IMG/VR virus record: IMGVR_UViG_3300032093_000003
Reading direction: 5' to 3' (one strand)
DNA: 64,000 nucleotides
Source of the DNA: a virus
Lineage: Duplodnaviria; Heunggongvirae; Uroviricota; Caudoviricetes
In this document: piece after piece, positions 1 through 10,296 of the stretch
Layout: every line of letters begins with the position of its first letter
How positions within the stretch are numbered: position 1 is the stretch's first letter
The notes under the pieces: generated by a model
Databases searched by the model: none
What the model was told of the DNA's origin: nothing
The model's input: only the letters and a program-made list of their open reading frames with translations
Translations under genes and position numbers: made by a program

Positions 1-69
1 AGAAGTACCTTCAACCTGTACAGTACATTGAAATTTATTGGTCTTGTCGGTATATAATTTGTAACCCAT
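1..69 (-). CDS. 5' part of a hypothetical protein running off the window edge (MGYKLYTDKTNKFQCTVQVEGTS...)
   Basis: ATG at 69 overlapping the end of the 71..400 ORF; open to position 1. Confidence 0.5.
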   Translation of the reverse strand, partial: MGYKLYTDKTNKFQCTVQVEGTS

Positions 70-70
70 A

Positions 71-400
71 TTAAACTATAACTTTTACGTTTATTTGTCT
101 TATTTCTTTTATAAATAGTTTCATATCCTTAATTGTTACATCAACATCGGTATTTTTTGATTTATTACTAGTGATGACCAATTCTTTATTTTGTTCCGTT
201 TTTATTCTTGTTATCAGTCCTATTAATACTTTTTTATCTTCTTCTGGTAGATTTTTAACAAATTTCGATAATTTCTTATTTCTGTTAAGTGGACCTGAAA
301 AATTTACAATTTTTGATATGACACAAGCCTCTACCCAAGTTATATTGGCATCTAACCATGTTAAAGTTGCGTCGTTCCATGTTAAACATTGTTGTGCCAT
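71..400 (-). CDS. hypothetical protein, probably virion-associated
   Basis: 109-aa ORF tightly packed in the structural-like operon. Confidence 0.7.
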   Translation of the reverse strand: MAQQCLTWNDATLTWLDANITWVEACVISKIVNFSGPLNRNKKLSKFVKNLPEEDKKVLIGLITRIKTEQNKELVITSNKSKNTDVDVTIKDMKLFIKEIRQINVKVIV

Positions 401-403
401 AGG

Positions 404-2284
404 TTATCTTTTATATGCTGCTAGTAATTGACCAAGTATCTCAGGTGTAGCGGCTATTCTCAATCTTTGAGCTATCGGATCTGAACTTGCACTAAGTTCC
501 GCTAATAATTGTGACGTATCAAATAATGCGGTTCCAACTGTATTATCTGTTGCAACTCCGCTTCTAACGTCAGTTGGTGATGTCATTCTTAATGTTCCCG
601 TAAGTCCACTTGATGGTCCGAATTGGGTTAGATATCTAACATCTGATAGTGGTGGTTGATTTGGGAATGTGTTGTCTGAATAAAGTGTTCTGTCTGCACC
701 ACCTGATGTGAAAAACCTTGCTTGGGTTGTTCCTGTTTGGTCTAACCATATGATTGGTGCGTAGATTGCCATTTTACCATTAATATTGAACATATCACCT
801 CTCAAATATACTTGTGCGGTTGAGTTTGTAACAGATACCGCAACAGCACTTGTTGAGGCACTTGCATTGCCTAATATATTTATACTACTTGATATCGCAG
901 ATGCAACAGCCGCCCCAACATTTGAGGTTGAAACATTACCACTTACGTTTATTGTTGTGAAGTTTGTTGATATTGTTGAGTTTGTGGTACTTGAATTTGT
1001 TACATTTCCACCAACATTTATTACACCACCTGATTGAAAAAGGTTTGTTCCACCATTAGAAACGTTTCCACTTATTGTCACGGTTGGCGAACCAAGTTGT
1101 ATTTGGGCGTTTGCACTACCACTAACATTTGTTACATTTCCACCAATTGTTAATTGTGTTATACTTCCAGCCGCTATTGTTATATTACCAACACAAGAAA
1201 CATTACCTGTTATTGTAATTGTCCCTATTGTTGATTTTGATAATAATGTTTCACCTCCTCTACCTGATGGTTGACCAATTAAACTTCCATTAACTATAAT
1301 ATTACCTGTTCCTGTTGAAGCTATTGTTTGGTTTGATGCACCAGCACTAGTTGTTGTATGTTGAAAATAGTCACCAAATAATGTTAAATTTCCTGTCGAT
1401 GAATGGGTTATTTGTGCTCCACCAATAAGACCTAATGTTACATTACCAAGTGTATTAACTATTAAATTAGCTGTTCCACTATGTTGTAATCCATTAAGAG
1501 TTAAAGGTATCCTTGCGGCAGGTGCATTTATTGTAATTGTTCCACCACTTGTTGAATTGACAACCAAACTTGATAGGTTTAACGCACCTGATAGATTTGC
1601 GGTTATATTTGATGTGTTAAAGTTAAAGTTTCCTCCTGCAGTTGTTGTAATACTATTGTTACCCGCAAAAATCTGTACCTCACCCACTGTAGTGTTAGTT
1701 CCACCATTTATTGTCAATAAATTTACCCTGTATCTTGAATATGCAATTGTATTTGAAAATAATGGACTGGTATAAACAACAGAATCGGTTAATGCAAATC
1801 CCGATACACTGTGTAAAATAGTCCAACTTACACCATCATTACTACCTTCAAAATTCCAACTTGTTGGTGCATTTACGTTTCCTCCACCGTATGTTGATAT
1901 CCACCATTGGGATAATACATATCTTGTTGCAATGAATGGTGTTGCGGGTATATAACCAATCCATCCTGTGGTGGCACCCGCTTGCCATCCCTGATTTTCT
2001 GATAAAGCATTACCATTAAATGCCAAATAACTAATTGATGAGCTATTATTACTTATCACAAAACCTGATGGTGACCCATTTGATGTCATGTTGGGAGTTG
2101 CTTTACTACCAAGAGATTTAGCACTATTGTTCAAACTGTTCACTGTAAACCCTGTGTCAACTAATACCGTAAACCCATTGGTATATACATCGTCACCAAC
2201 TGTTGGTATTCCCAATGTTGTTCCATCATTCCAAGTTGTTATGTTTGACCAACTACCGCCTGTTATTGCCCATCTTATTGCCAT
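404..2284 (-). CDS. tail fibre/adhesin-like protein with F5/8 type C (discoidin)-like domain and G/N/T/S-rich beta-repeat region
   Basis: APTSWNFEGSNDGVSW and YSRYRVN motifs; ITGNV-type repeats; paralog of 2284..4155. Confidence 0.7.
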   Translation of the reverse strand: MAIRWAITGGSWSNITTWNDGTTLGIPTVGDDVYTNGFTVLVDTGFTVNSLNNSAKSLGSKATPNMTSNGSPSGFVISNNSSSISYLAFNGNALSENQGWQAGATTGWIGYIPATPFIATRYVLSQWWISTYGGGNVNAPTSWNFEGSNDGVSWTILHSVSGFALTDSVVYTSPLFSNTIAYSRYRVNLLTINGGTNTTVGEVQIFAGNNSITTTAGGNFNFNTSNITANLSGALNLSSLVVNSTSGGTITINAPAARIPLTLNGLQHSGTANLIVNTLGNVTLGLIGGAQITHSSTGNLTLFGDYFQHTTTSAGASNQTIASTGTGNIIVNGSLIGQPSGRGGETLLSKSTIGTITITGNVSCVGNITIAAGSITQLTIGGNVTNVSGSANAQIQLGSPTVTISGNVSNGGTNLFQSGGVINVGGNVTNSSTTNSTISTNFTTINVSGNVSTSNVGAAVASAISSSINILGNASASTSAVAVSVTNSTAQVYLRGDMFNINGKMAIYAPIIWLDQTGTTQARFFTSGGADRTLYSDNTFPNQPPLSDVRYLTQFGPSSGLTGTLRMTSPTDVRSGVATDNTVGTALFDTSQLLAELSASSDPIAQRLRIAATPEILGQLLAAYKR

Positions 2285-4155
2285 TATACAAAATTATATT
2301 CTGATATTAGTTGTCCAGCCGAATTATCTGTTAGCATTGTTCTCATCCTGACAGCTAGTGGGTCTGAACTTGTGTTTATAAAGTTTAATATGTCTTGTGC
2401 CGTTATATTCGCAGTTCCAACTGTATTATCAGTTAGAACATTAACTCTTATATCTGATGGAGATGCAACAATCATTGTTCCTGTTAAACCACTTGCAGGT
2501 CCATATTGAATCAAATTTCTAACATCACTTGTTGGAGGTAAATTTGGAAAACTATCTGCGGAATATAATGTTCTTGTTAATCCTCCACCTATATCCATTC
2601 TCCAAAGTGTTGTTGCACTATTGCTGATAAATACGTTAGGACACCATATAGCCATTCTTCCCAATGTGTTATACATATTACCTGTTAGGTTGACATTACT
2701 ATTTGTATTTGTTGATGAGATACCAACAGATGTTGATGAGGCGTAAACATCACCACTTACAGTTATAGCAATTGCGGATGTTGTTGAAATACCCGCAGTC
2801 GCTCTTGCAAAAACACTACCATTTATTATAAGTGGTGCAGTTGTTGATACTCCGACAGCAGCGGCGCCATAAATGTTACCATTTATTGTTGTTGGTGCGG
2901 TTGTTATTAATCCATTAGACGCCGCAGCATATACATCACCGTTAATTAGAACAGATGCCGCGGATGTGATAAATACCGCTTCAGCATTAACATTAAAACC
3001 ACCAAATAGGTTACCGTTGATTATCAGAATTGAAGATACGTTATTTAGTATAACACCCCTAGTACCAGAAGTATTACCCTGTACATTACCTGTAATAGTT
3101 ATATTACCGGCAGTTTGATTTATTGATGCTAATGTACTATTACCATTAACATTACCCACAACTACCGTATTTCCAGCAATAGAGTTGAGAGCATAAGCTG
3201 TCCCCCCATTTCCACCGCCGAACATATCACCTATTATCGTTATAGTACCTGTTGAAGTTTTATTTATACAAAACGCAGTACCACTTGCATTACCTCCATT
3301 GAATCTAATACCATTCAATATTAAATCACAATTTCCTGTGTGATTGAACATCTGTGTTCCGACTGTTGCTAATGCAGTCACAGTGCTTGCTAAATTAAGT
3401 GTTACTGTCCCTCCTGTAGCGGTAATTGTTATTAAATTTGTCGCACCTATTGATAGAGATGATGAAGTGGATGTACAAGTTACAGATACACCTGCTGTGT
3501 TGAAGTTGAAAGACCCACCCGCAGCCAATGCAGCTGTTCCTGGTTGGTAGAGTTCGAGTTCTGTTATTCTTGTATTTGAACTAGCACCATTATTACTTAC
3601 ATTAACTCTGTAATATCTATATGCTGTTGGATTACCTATGGAGAATATTGAATATGTTCCACCAGCAGGTATTGCGGTTGCACTTGTAACTGTATGTAAT
3701 ATATTCCAACTAGTATTATTATTACTTCCTTCAAATGTCCAGTTACGAGGATTATCATTAACACTATTACTTCCGTAAATGGTATAACCATCTATAATAA
3801 TAGAACTACCAAAATCAAATGATAACCAAGAAGGAAGACCGTTACTAGTCCAATAGGTTGATGTTGAATAGTTTCTATCAAAAGCTCTATATGCTTCTTG
3901 GCCAGCGGCAAAAACAGTGCTAGCAGCAGCAACATAAGGACTTGGAGCATTGTTGGCCGTCATCTGCGGTGTAGCAATATCTCTTGCTCTTGCACTATTG
4001 TTTAAACTGTTCACCGTAGAATTAACATTCATAGTAACAGTGAAACCATTGGAGAATACATCATCAGATGATGTGGGAATACCCAATGTTGCACCATTAT
4101 TCCATGTTGATGTTGAAGACCATGTTCCACCTGTTACTGCCCAACGTGTTGCCAT
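2284..4155 (-). CDS. tail fibre/adhesin-like protein, paralog of 404..2284
   Basis: Shared N-terminus MAxRWAxTGGxWS...LGIPTxxDDV and C-terminus SDVR...GPxSGLTGT...TDNTVGTA; NPRNWTFEGSNNN discoidin-like motif. Confidence 0.7.
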   Translation of the reverse strand: MATRWAVTGGTWSSTSTWNNGATLGIPTSSDDVFSNGFTVTMNVNSTVNSLNNSARARDIATPQMTANNAPSPYVAAASTVFAAGQEAYRAFDRNYSTSTYWTSNGLPSWLSFDFGSSIIIDGYTIYGSNSVNDNPRNWTFEGSNNNTSWNILHTVTSATAIPAGGTYSIFSIGNPTAYRYYRVNVSNNGASSNTRITELELYQPGTAALAAGGSFNFNTAGVSVTCTSTSSSLSIGATNLITITATGGTVTLNLASTVTALATVGTQMFNHTGNCDLILNGIRFNGGNASGTAFCINKTSTGTITIIGDMFGGGNGGTAYALNSIAGNTVVVGNVNGNSTLASINQTAGNITITGNVQGNTSGTRGVILNNVSSILIINGNLFGGFNVNAEAVFITSAASVLINGDVYAAASNGLITTAPTTINGNIYGAAAVGVSTTAPLIINGSVFARATAGISTTSAIAITVSGDVYASSTSVGISSTNTNSNVNLTGNMYNTLGRMAIWCPNVFISNSATTLWRMDIGGGLTRTLYSADSFPNLPPTSDVRNLIQYGPASGLTGTMIVASPSDIRVNVLTDNTVGTANITAQDILNFINTSSDPLAVRMRTMLTDNSAGQLISEYNFV

Positions 4156-4157
4156 AT

Positions 4158-4475
4158 CTAACTATAACTATGTGTTAAATACCCTACCCAATTAACCCCA
4201 CCAACAGGTTGTGCTGTTGCCGTAGCACTAACACTTCCATCACTTGATGTTGTTAATCTTGTTATCGTCCAAACCAAATCGGACTCTGTTGTTGCAACAC
4301 CTGTTGTTGTAACAGGTGCAACTCCGCAATAAAGATTTGATCCTGATAACGCAAATCTTCTTATCAAATTATATTCATTATATGCATCCCAAGCATAACC
4401 GTTATACTTCCAAGAGATTCCTCCTGAAGTATATATTTGATTAGGTGTTGCTCCTGTTGGAAAGTTTAATGCCAT
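4158..4475 (-). CDS. small virion structural-like protein
   Basis: MALNFPTGATPNQIY...WKYNGYAW start, typical of phage fibre-associated proteins. Confidence 0.55.
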   Translation of the reverse strand: MALNFPTGATPNQIYTSGGISWKYNGYAWDAYNEYNLIRRFALSGSNLYCGVAPVTTTGVATTESDLVWTITRLTTSSDGSVSATATAQPVGGVNWVGYLTHSYS

Positions 4476-5017
4476 TAGATTTCAATTTGATATGCACTTA
4501 TGAATATATCATCCACTTGTTGGTCTGTTAATCCTAAAACCATTTGTATCATACTAACGGTTGGACTATCTCTTTCAATATAGTTTGAGTAATCCCAAGC
4601 ATATTGAGCTTTTATTTTAAGTTCTTGTTCAGGTTGTGTTCCTGATGGAAGAGCATTAATTGCATTTGTAACATCACTTTCCAATCCTTGAATTGCAAGT
4701 TCCGCTCTTAACTGCCATCTTGTTACCTTAACAGGAACTCCATCAACAACATCTGTTACCAAAGGATGTGTTAATTGTCCTTTGAAATAATTATCAATCG
4801 GAAGTGATGTTAGAACAGATAATAGATGATTTTTTTCTGATTCTGTTAAAACAACTTCTGATGTTGATTTCAATTCTGTTGAGATTCTATACTCCAATAG
4901 AGGTTTATCAGAAGTTATTCTTCTGTCTAATTCTTGTGCAATATATGTTGCCGCTGTGTCTGTGGTTCCATAAGGTGAACCATCTTTTTCAATGTTAAAA
5001 TTAAAATTGTATGTCAT
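4475..5017 (-). CDS. tail-fibre assembly/chaperone-like protein
   Basis: C-terminal VTRWQLRAEL...AWDYSNYIERDSPTV...LGLTDQQVDDIF motif, common next to fibre genes; start moved to the ATG at 5017. Confidence 0.55.
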   Translation of the reverse strand: MTYNFNFNIEKDGSPYGTTDTAATYIAQELDRRITSDKPLLEYRISTELKSTSEVVLTESEKNHLLSVLTSLPIDNYFKGQLTHPLVTDVVDGVPVKVTRWQLRAELAIQGLESDVTNAINALPSGTQPEQELKIKAQYAWDYSNYIERDSPTVSMIQMVLGLTDQQVDDIFISAYQIEI

Positions 5018-5028
5018 AGTTTTTATAT

Positions 5029-5439
5029 TTATATTTCGTAGAAGAATTGACAAGATATTTCTTTTATTCCAGATGCAGTAAATGTTGTAGTTGCATTGTT
5101 AAATGCTGTAAATCTATATGCATTTAATATATTTGTAGGACTTGTAGTTTGTGCAATGAAACCTAATTGAAATGAACCATTGTCTGCTAAATATGAATAT
5201 GGAATTCCCAATAACCCTTTAATTATAAATGGTAATGAAAAATTCAATGATGTAGAGTTTGATGTTCCAGCAATACTCACAAAAACATAAACCATATTAC
5301 CTACCACTTTATATTTTATTATTTTTCTTGTATAACTACCCCATCCCACAATAGTAGACTGCTCCGAGAAATCAATCCACGGAGTATTGATATTATTTGC
5401 CAAATCACCACCATACATTCCATTTGCAAGTCCATTCAT
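5029..5439 (-). CDS. tail-fibre C-terminal-like domain protein
   Basis: YKVVGNMVYVFVSI...FSLPF beta-sandwich pattern. Confidence 0.5.
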   Translation of the reverse strand: MNGLANGMYGGDLANNINTPWIDFSEQSTIVGWGSYTRKIIKYKVVGNMVYVFVSIAGTSNSTSLNFSLPFIIKGLLGIPYSYLADNGSFQLGFIAQTTSPTNILNAYRFTAFNNATTTFTASGIKEISCQFFYEI

Positions 5440-5451
5440 AAATTATTAATT

Positions 5452-5913
5452 TTAAGGTGCGACAAAATCTTGCGCAAATGATGTTATCCAACAGGACCTA
5501 CCTGCCGTCAAGTTAGCTAATGTTGTCGCTCTTAAAACATCACCAGCCACCAATGGAATATATTGTCTCCCTGTATTATCTATTGGGAGACCAGGAATAT
5601 TTGTTCCATTCAAAAAGTCCGTTACAAACCTAGCAGCATTCGTATTACCTGCGGATATTGGAACGTTAACTAATCCAATTGGAACAACTGTTGAACCACC
5701 TCTTAAAATATAAAGGAATACGTTAGGTGATAATGATGCATCATCTGTTGAAGCGATCAACGAAATTATTCTTGTCCCATATGTTCCAGCAGTTTCAATG
5801 GTAACACCATTTGTATTGCTACCTAATGTTCCAATTGTGGTTCCGTTTAATACCGCAATACCACTATTTAATTCATTTGCAACCCTTACAATTGCGTCGT
5901 TTCTTAAAGCCAT
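5452..5913 (-). CDS. hypothetical virion protein
   Basis: 153-aa ORF in the structural operon. Confidence 0.65.
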   Translation of the reverse strand: MALRNDAIVRVANELNSGIAVLNGTTIGTLGSNTNGVTIETAGTYGTRIISLIASTDDASLSPNVFLYILRGGSTVVPIGLVNVPISAGNTNAARFVTDFLNGTNIPGLPIDNTGRQYIPLVAGDVLRATTLANLTAGRSCWITSFAQDFVAP

Positions 5914-5916
5914 AGT

Positions 5917-7566
5917 TTAATAATTAAATAATATTCTTTGATTTATCATTGTTGCATAATCTACTTCATCACTAAAAGATTGTAAAGCGTTATTAACAAC
6001 ATTATTTGTTGGATATTTTGTATTTGAACTGTCCAACGCAACAGTTTCTTTGTTTGCAACATTTTCAGGTATATAACCAATCACATTAGTTATACTCGCC
6101 GCAGATACAACCACACCATCACCAATTAATACACCTGTAAAAGTTGTTGTTGTCCCTGAATCAATGTTATTTGTTCCATTAACACCTTGAGGACCTTGAG
6201 GACCAACAGGTAATGTTTGTTGTATCCATTGATAGCTGTTACCATCATAATTATATTTATACTCCACACCTGTTTCAGAATGTTGCCAAACTGAACCTTC
6301 GTCAATTGATGCAGTCCCTGTACCTGTTGGTGCCGTGTTTTGATAATAGAATTTGTATGATACGATATTTGCAGTTAAAGGTAATTTTCCTTCATTCTGA
6401 TTTAATGTCAAAACATTATTTGAATATGTTAAACCAGTAACATATGTATCAATGAATGATGGTATTGTTGTTATACCAAAACTATATTCATTACTACCCT
6501 CACTATACAAATAAATTGTTTCAGTTGAATTAGAAGTATTTTGTCCATATATCTTAACTAATAACCTATCGGTAAGATCCAACGTAGCACCCGAAAAATA
6601 AGCATCAGAAATATACATCTGAGTTGTTGTAGACACAACAGGAACAGTCTCCGTTGTTAATAATAAAGTTTCTGTTCCACCCGAAGATCTTTTATATAAT
6701 TCAACATAAATGTTAAAAGCGGCACTTACAGAACCTGTTTTTGCATGAAGATAAAAACCAACAATTCCTATCGGAAGTTGTGTTAAATTAGGTATATTAG
6801 AAGGAGTTAAAAACCCACCAATATATACCGTTTGTGTTGACCCTGTTGTTGCTGATATTATTTGTTCTATCCCGGATGTTGGTGTTGGAGAAAATTCATA
6901 ATACCCATCTTGGGTATTAGATATATTCAGATAATATATTTGACCACCTGAACCACCACCCGCTTTAGGAATACCCGTTAAATTACTACCATCACCAAAA
7001 TAAGTGAAAGCCGTTACACTACCTGATGACGATAGTGATGGGACATTTAATTGTCCCGTCATTGTGTCACCACCTTTATTTACTTTTTGTGAAAGATTGT
7101 TTTGAGTTGAAGATGTAAACGACTCAAATAGTGAATATGGTGTAATATTGGTTAGAGTAAAACTATTACCATCATTATAACTAAAAACAATTGAAGTTCC
7201 CGATACTGTCCCACCACTAATAAATGTATCAGTGAACCCTGTAACGATTACATTACTATTATCTGAATTATAAAGAGTTAATACTTTTGTACTTGAATCA
7301 AATGTCCCACCTGTTACTGTTGTACCACCAGTACCACCTGAAATTGGTTTCCAAGTTGCATTACCACTTGAATCCGATGTTAAAACATAACCGTATGATT
7401 CGGAACCATCTTGGTATTTCAATGTGCCCATTATTGTCATACCCGACGAAAATATCGGATTGACGGGGATATCACCACCTATTCTATAAACAATACCACT
7501 TGTAATATCTGACTGTAAAACATAGTTATATGATTCTTTAATCAGTAATCCCGAAATATTTGACAT
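5917..7566 (-). CDS. tail fibre/baseplate-like structural protein with a short collagen-like GPQ stretch
   Basis: G/T/S-rich; KVNKGGDTMTGQL, YFGDGSNLTGI and GPQGPQG motifs. Confidence 0.65.
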   Translation of the reverse strand: MSNISGLLIKESYNYVLQSDITSGIVYRIGGDIPVNPIFSSGMTIMGTLKYQDGSESYGYVLTSDSSGNATWKPISGGTGGTTVTGGTFDSSTKVLTLYNSDNSNVIVTGFTDTFISGGTVSGTSIVFSYNDGNSFTLTNITPYSLFESFTSSTQNNLSQKVNKGGDTMTGQLNVPSLSSSGSVTAFTYFGDGSNLTGIPKAGGGSGGQIYYLNISNTQDGYYEFSPTPTSGIEQIISATTGSTQTVYIGGFLTPSNIPNLTQLPIGIVGFYLHAKTGSVSAAFNIYVELYKRSSGGTETLLLTTETVPVVSTTTQMYISDAYFSGATLDLTDRLLVKIYGQNTSNSTETIYLYSEGSNEYSFGITTIPSFIDTYVTGLTYSNNVLTLNQNEGKLPLTANIVSYKFYYQNTAPTGTGTASIDEGSVWQHSETGVEYKYNYDGNSYQWIQQTLPVGPQGPQGVNGTNNIDSGTTTTFTGVLIGDGVVVSAASITNVIGYIPENVANKETVALDSSNTKYPTNNVVNNALQSFSDEVDYATMINQRILFNY

Positions 7567-7616
7567 ACTAGTTTAAATATAAATATTTTTAAGGACTAAA
7601 TAAACTATTATAACAT

Positions 7617-7640
7617 AAAAAATCCCCAAATTGGGGATTT
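7617..7640 (-). terminator. intrinsic terminator
   Basis: AAATCCCC/GGGGATTT stem with a T-tract on the minus strand. Confidence 0.7.
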
Positions 7641-7750
7641 AAAAATTTTTTCTATTTTCATATCTCTGTGTTAGAAATATCTTTAATAGATAAATTGATG
7701 GAACACAAATTAAAAGTAACATAATAAATTATTTTTTTATTTAAAATATA

Positions 7751-8710
7751 TTAAGCAACCATGTTACTTATTTTTCTACCTCCCTGTGCGATCAAACTAT
7801 TACCACTATTTATTCTGTGACTTACTGCGGATTTAGTTAAATAAACAGGATCTAAATTACCATTTGCAACTTGTAAATTTATTTTTTTTGCAAATTTTTG
7901 AAACCAACCCGGTCCATTCCAAACACCATAAACAAAATGGAACATTAACGGTGGTGTTGAATTAACTATCTGAATTGCTTTTGGTGATAAATATGATTTA
8001 CAGTATTGGTCATACAATGGTTTCATCATTTTAGGTATTAAAGACATTAATTGAGATTGTAACGGTCCACCGAAATAATTCCATTTCCATTTATTTTTTG
8101 CGTTCTGACCATCAATTATTGACCAAAACTGTTTACCGGCAGACGTTGTATTGATACTACCTCCCGTTTTTCTATCTATACCAAACATGGTTTCACCCGA
8201 ACCTGCATATCTTTGGTCTTTTACTCTACCATCTTTTAACATGTTAGGATGATAATATCCACCCTCAAGTTCTTGTACTACTTTTTGTACAATACCATCA
8301 AAATCTGTGGGTATATTTTTAAATTTTCCCGAACTAAGTTTTTGAGATCTTGATTTTATTCTCCAATCATCTTTCTCATTTATCTTCTCAATTTCTTCTT
8401 TAAGGTATTTTTTTATTATATTTTCTAATCTTAGCTCGTTCATTTTTTTTGAATTTTTTATTTTAATTGTACCTATTGATTTTGGAAAAAACTCAGTAGT
8501 ATCCACGTCATCACCATATTTGTTAATTAAAAAAATACCAGTTTTTAATTCACCAATATCCTCTATCCTATAAATTTTATTTTCTTCAACATCAACACCT
8601 TCTTTTTGTGGGTATCCCACGTATTTTTCATCACCGTTTGAATATATTGGAATTTCATATCCTTTGTATGAAATTTTATCTATTTTTTTAAATTTTGGTT
8701 TAAAGAACAT
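7751..8710 (-). CDS. peptidoglycan hydrolase, glycoside hydrolase family 108-like
   Basis: EGGY...GETMFGID motif; start moved to the ATG at 8710, which has TATTTA upstream and a hairpin block beyond it. Confidence 0.6.
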   Translation of the reverse strand: MFFKPKFKKIDKISYKGYEIPIYSNGDEKYVGYPQKEGVDVEENKIYRIEDIGELKTGIFLINKYGDDVDTTEFFPKSIGTIKIKNSKKMNELRLENIIKKYLKEEIEKINEKDDWRIKSRSQKLSSGKFKNIPTDFDGIVQKVVQELEGGYYHPNMLKDGRVKDQRYAGSGETMFGIDRKTGGSINTTSAGKQFWSIIDGQNAKNKWKWNYFGGPLQSQLMSLIPKMMKPLYDQYCKSYLSPKAIQIVNSTPPLMFHFVYGVWNGPGWFQKFAKKINLQVANGNLDPVYLTKSAVSHRINSGNSLIAQGGRKISNMVA

Positions 8711-8748
8711 AATAATAAATATATAAAAAAATAGAACAAAAACAAAAT

Positions 8749-8824
8749 AGGACAAGAGTAGCGAATTCTTGTCCTTGTCGCGGAATATAACCATCCCGGT
8801 CCTAATCCGAGTATCTAAACTCGG
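8749..8824 (-). other. three consecutive GC-rich hairpins, the last terminator-like
   Basis: Stems AGGACAAGA/TCTTGTCCT (8749-8775) and CCGAGT/ACTCGG (8807-8824), with a 5-bp stem between them. Confidence 0.55.
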
Positions 8825-8830
8825 TGTATC

Positions 8831-9160
8831 TTACCTGTGTTTTATGAGTAACTCACCCAACACTTCTATTTTACCAACTAATTTTTGAAATTCAACTTGA
8901 CCCAAACTCGGATCATCTGTTTTACATAATTTATCCAATAGTTCTTTATATTCTTTTTTGGATTTTTCAACATCAAATTTACCTTCAGATGCTTTCTTAT
9001 AATAAGGTAATTTAACCACAAAATGATGATAAGTTAACATAGAAGAACCACCCTTTTCTTTTGCGGTATTCGCAATCTTTGTAGCACCTTTTAATCTTTT
9101 GCCAGAAAATTCCTCAAACTGTTCTTCTTTGGATTCTTCTAATATCTCTAAAAATTTCAT
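8831..9160 (-). CDS. hypothetical protein with MKFLEILEE leader
   Basis: 109-aa ORF. Confidence 0.75.
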   Translation of the reverse strand: MKFLEILEESKEEQFEEFSGKRLKGATKIANTAKEKGGSSMLTYHHFVVKLPYYKKASEGKFDVEKSKKEYKELLDKLCKTDDPSLGQVEFQKLVGKIEVLGELLIKHR

Positions 9161-9161
9161 A

Positions 9162-9497
9162 TTATTCTCTCCACATTGGATTTGCGATTATTAATTTATC
9201 ACCTTCAACACGAGGAATCTCACCCATATCTTGATTATCGGCAAATTCTATTTGATCGGGATAAAATTTTTGACCATTAAAAACGGTATAATAAGTGTCT
9301 TCGTTGTCGTTAGAATTGTCTTTACCCATATGACTATAACCTTGTGATCTTAATGCATCTTTAGCCGCATCCTGAGCTGTAGGTTTATTAAAAAATCTAC
9401 CAAAACGACCGAAAAACCCTTCACCTTCATTAATCAAATTATATTTTTTTCTTATTTCATTTTTTTCGGATTCTGTAATTGTAAAACGTTTTCCCAT
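9162..9497 (-). CDS. hypothetical protein with MGKRFTITESE leader
   Basis: 111-aa ORF; TATTTATA at 9512-9519. Confidence 0.75.
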   Translation of the reverse strand: MGKRFTITESEKNEIRKKYNLINEGEGFFGRFGRFFNKPTAQDAAKDALRSQGYSHMGKDNSNDNEDTYYTVFNGQKFYPDQIEFADNQDMGEIPRVEGDKLIIANPMWRE

Positions 9498-9538
9498 TAT
9501 ATTTCTTTTTATATAAATATCTCTATTATATTTTTAAC

Positions 9539-10279
9539 TTACATCAAAGATTTTGCATGTCCTAAATCAATAACACCAAATTTTTGTGCTTGTTTTAAAT
9601 AACCACCATTCACAAAATTATTTGGTGAATTTTTTATCATTCTCTTCCAACCATTATATTGAGTAGTGTAGTCCCATATTTTTTTTGTGTCACCCCATCC
9701 CTTTTTATATAACCAACCACCAACATTACCACCAGTTCTATCAGCACCATGATGACAATGAATTAATGTATTTCCTTTATCCAACAATTCATTTACTTTA
9801 TCTTGATCTTTTGTGGATGATAATTTATAAAATTTACACCCATTTTCTTCACAAACTCTTTTTTCTTCTTTTATGGATAATCCAGAACTATCTCCACCAT
9901 CACCATTAAATCTTACTACATTTTTTATTCCATATTTTAATATAACACCTTTTAGTGCATCTGCCGTAGGTTCTGCGGAACGATAATTGTTATCACCTAA
10001 AGGTATTTTATGGAAATTTTTTATACTTTTATCGTTTATATCTTCCGAATCTGTCGAGAACGTAGGTCCAACGTATTCTTTACCATAAACCTCTTCATAG
10101 GCCTTTCTGGTCATTGGTCCCATAATACCATCAACACCATCTTTTTTAGGTCCATATTTACCGATATCTTTTTTATGGACATAAACTAATTCTTTTTGTA
10201 TATCTTCTATACTTTTATCTTCAACATCGTCAGTTTCTAAAATTAATTTTAGTTGGCGTTCTGTAATTAAAATCTTCAT
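9539..10279 (-). CDS. peptidoglycan-binding motif fused to a Cys-based (CX5R) phosphatase domain
   Basis: DGVDGIMGPMT (PG_binding_1-like) and HCHHGADRTG. Confidence 0.7.
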   Translation of the reverse strand: MKILITERQLKLILETDDVEDKSIEDIQKELVYVHKKDIGKYGPKKDGVDGIMGPMTRKAYEEVYGKEYVGPTFSTDSEDINDKSIKNFHKIPLGDNNYRSAEPTADALKGVILKYGIKNVVRFNGDGGDSSGLSIKEEKRVCEENGCKFYKLSSTKDQDKVNELLDKGNTLIHCHHGADRTGGNVGGWLYKKGWGDTKKIWDYTTQYNGWKRMIKNSPNNFVNGGYLKQAQKFGVIDLGHAKSLM

Positions 10280-10296
10280 AATATATATAAATATTA

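Noticed and set aside
404-4155. Diversity-generating retroelement (TR/VR) between the paralogous fibre genes
   Set aside because: Similarity is at protein level with differences at all bases; no reverse transcriptase and no adenine-specific mismatch pattern seen.
8711-8794. N-terminal extension of ORF 7751..8794
   Set aside because: It runs through a hairpin/terminator block; the ATG at 8710 has the TATTTA motif upstream.
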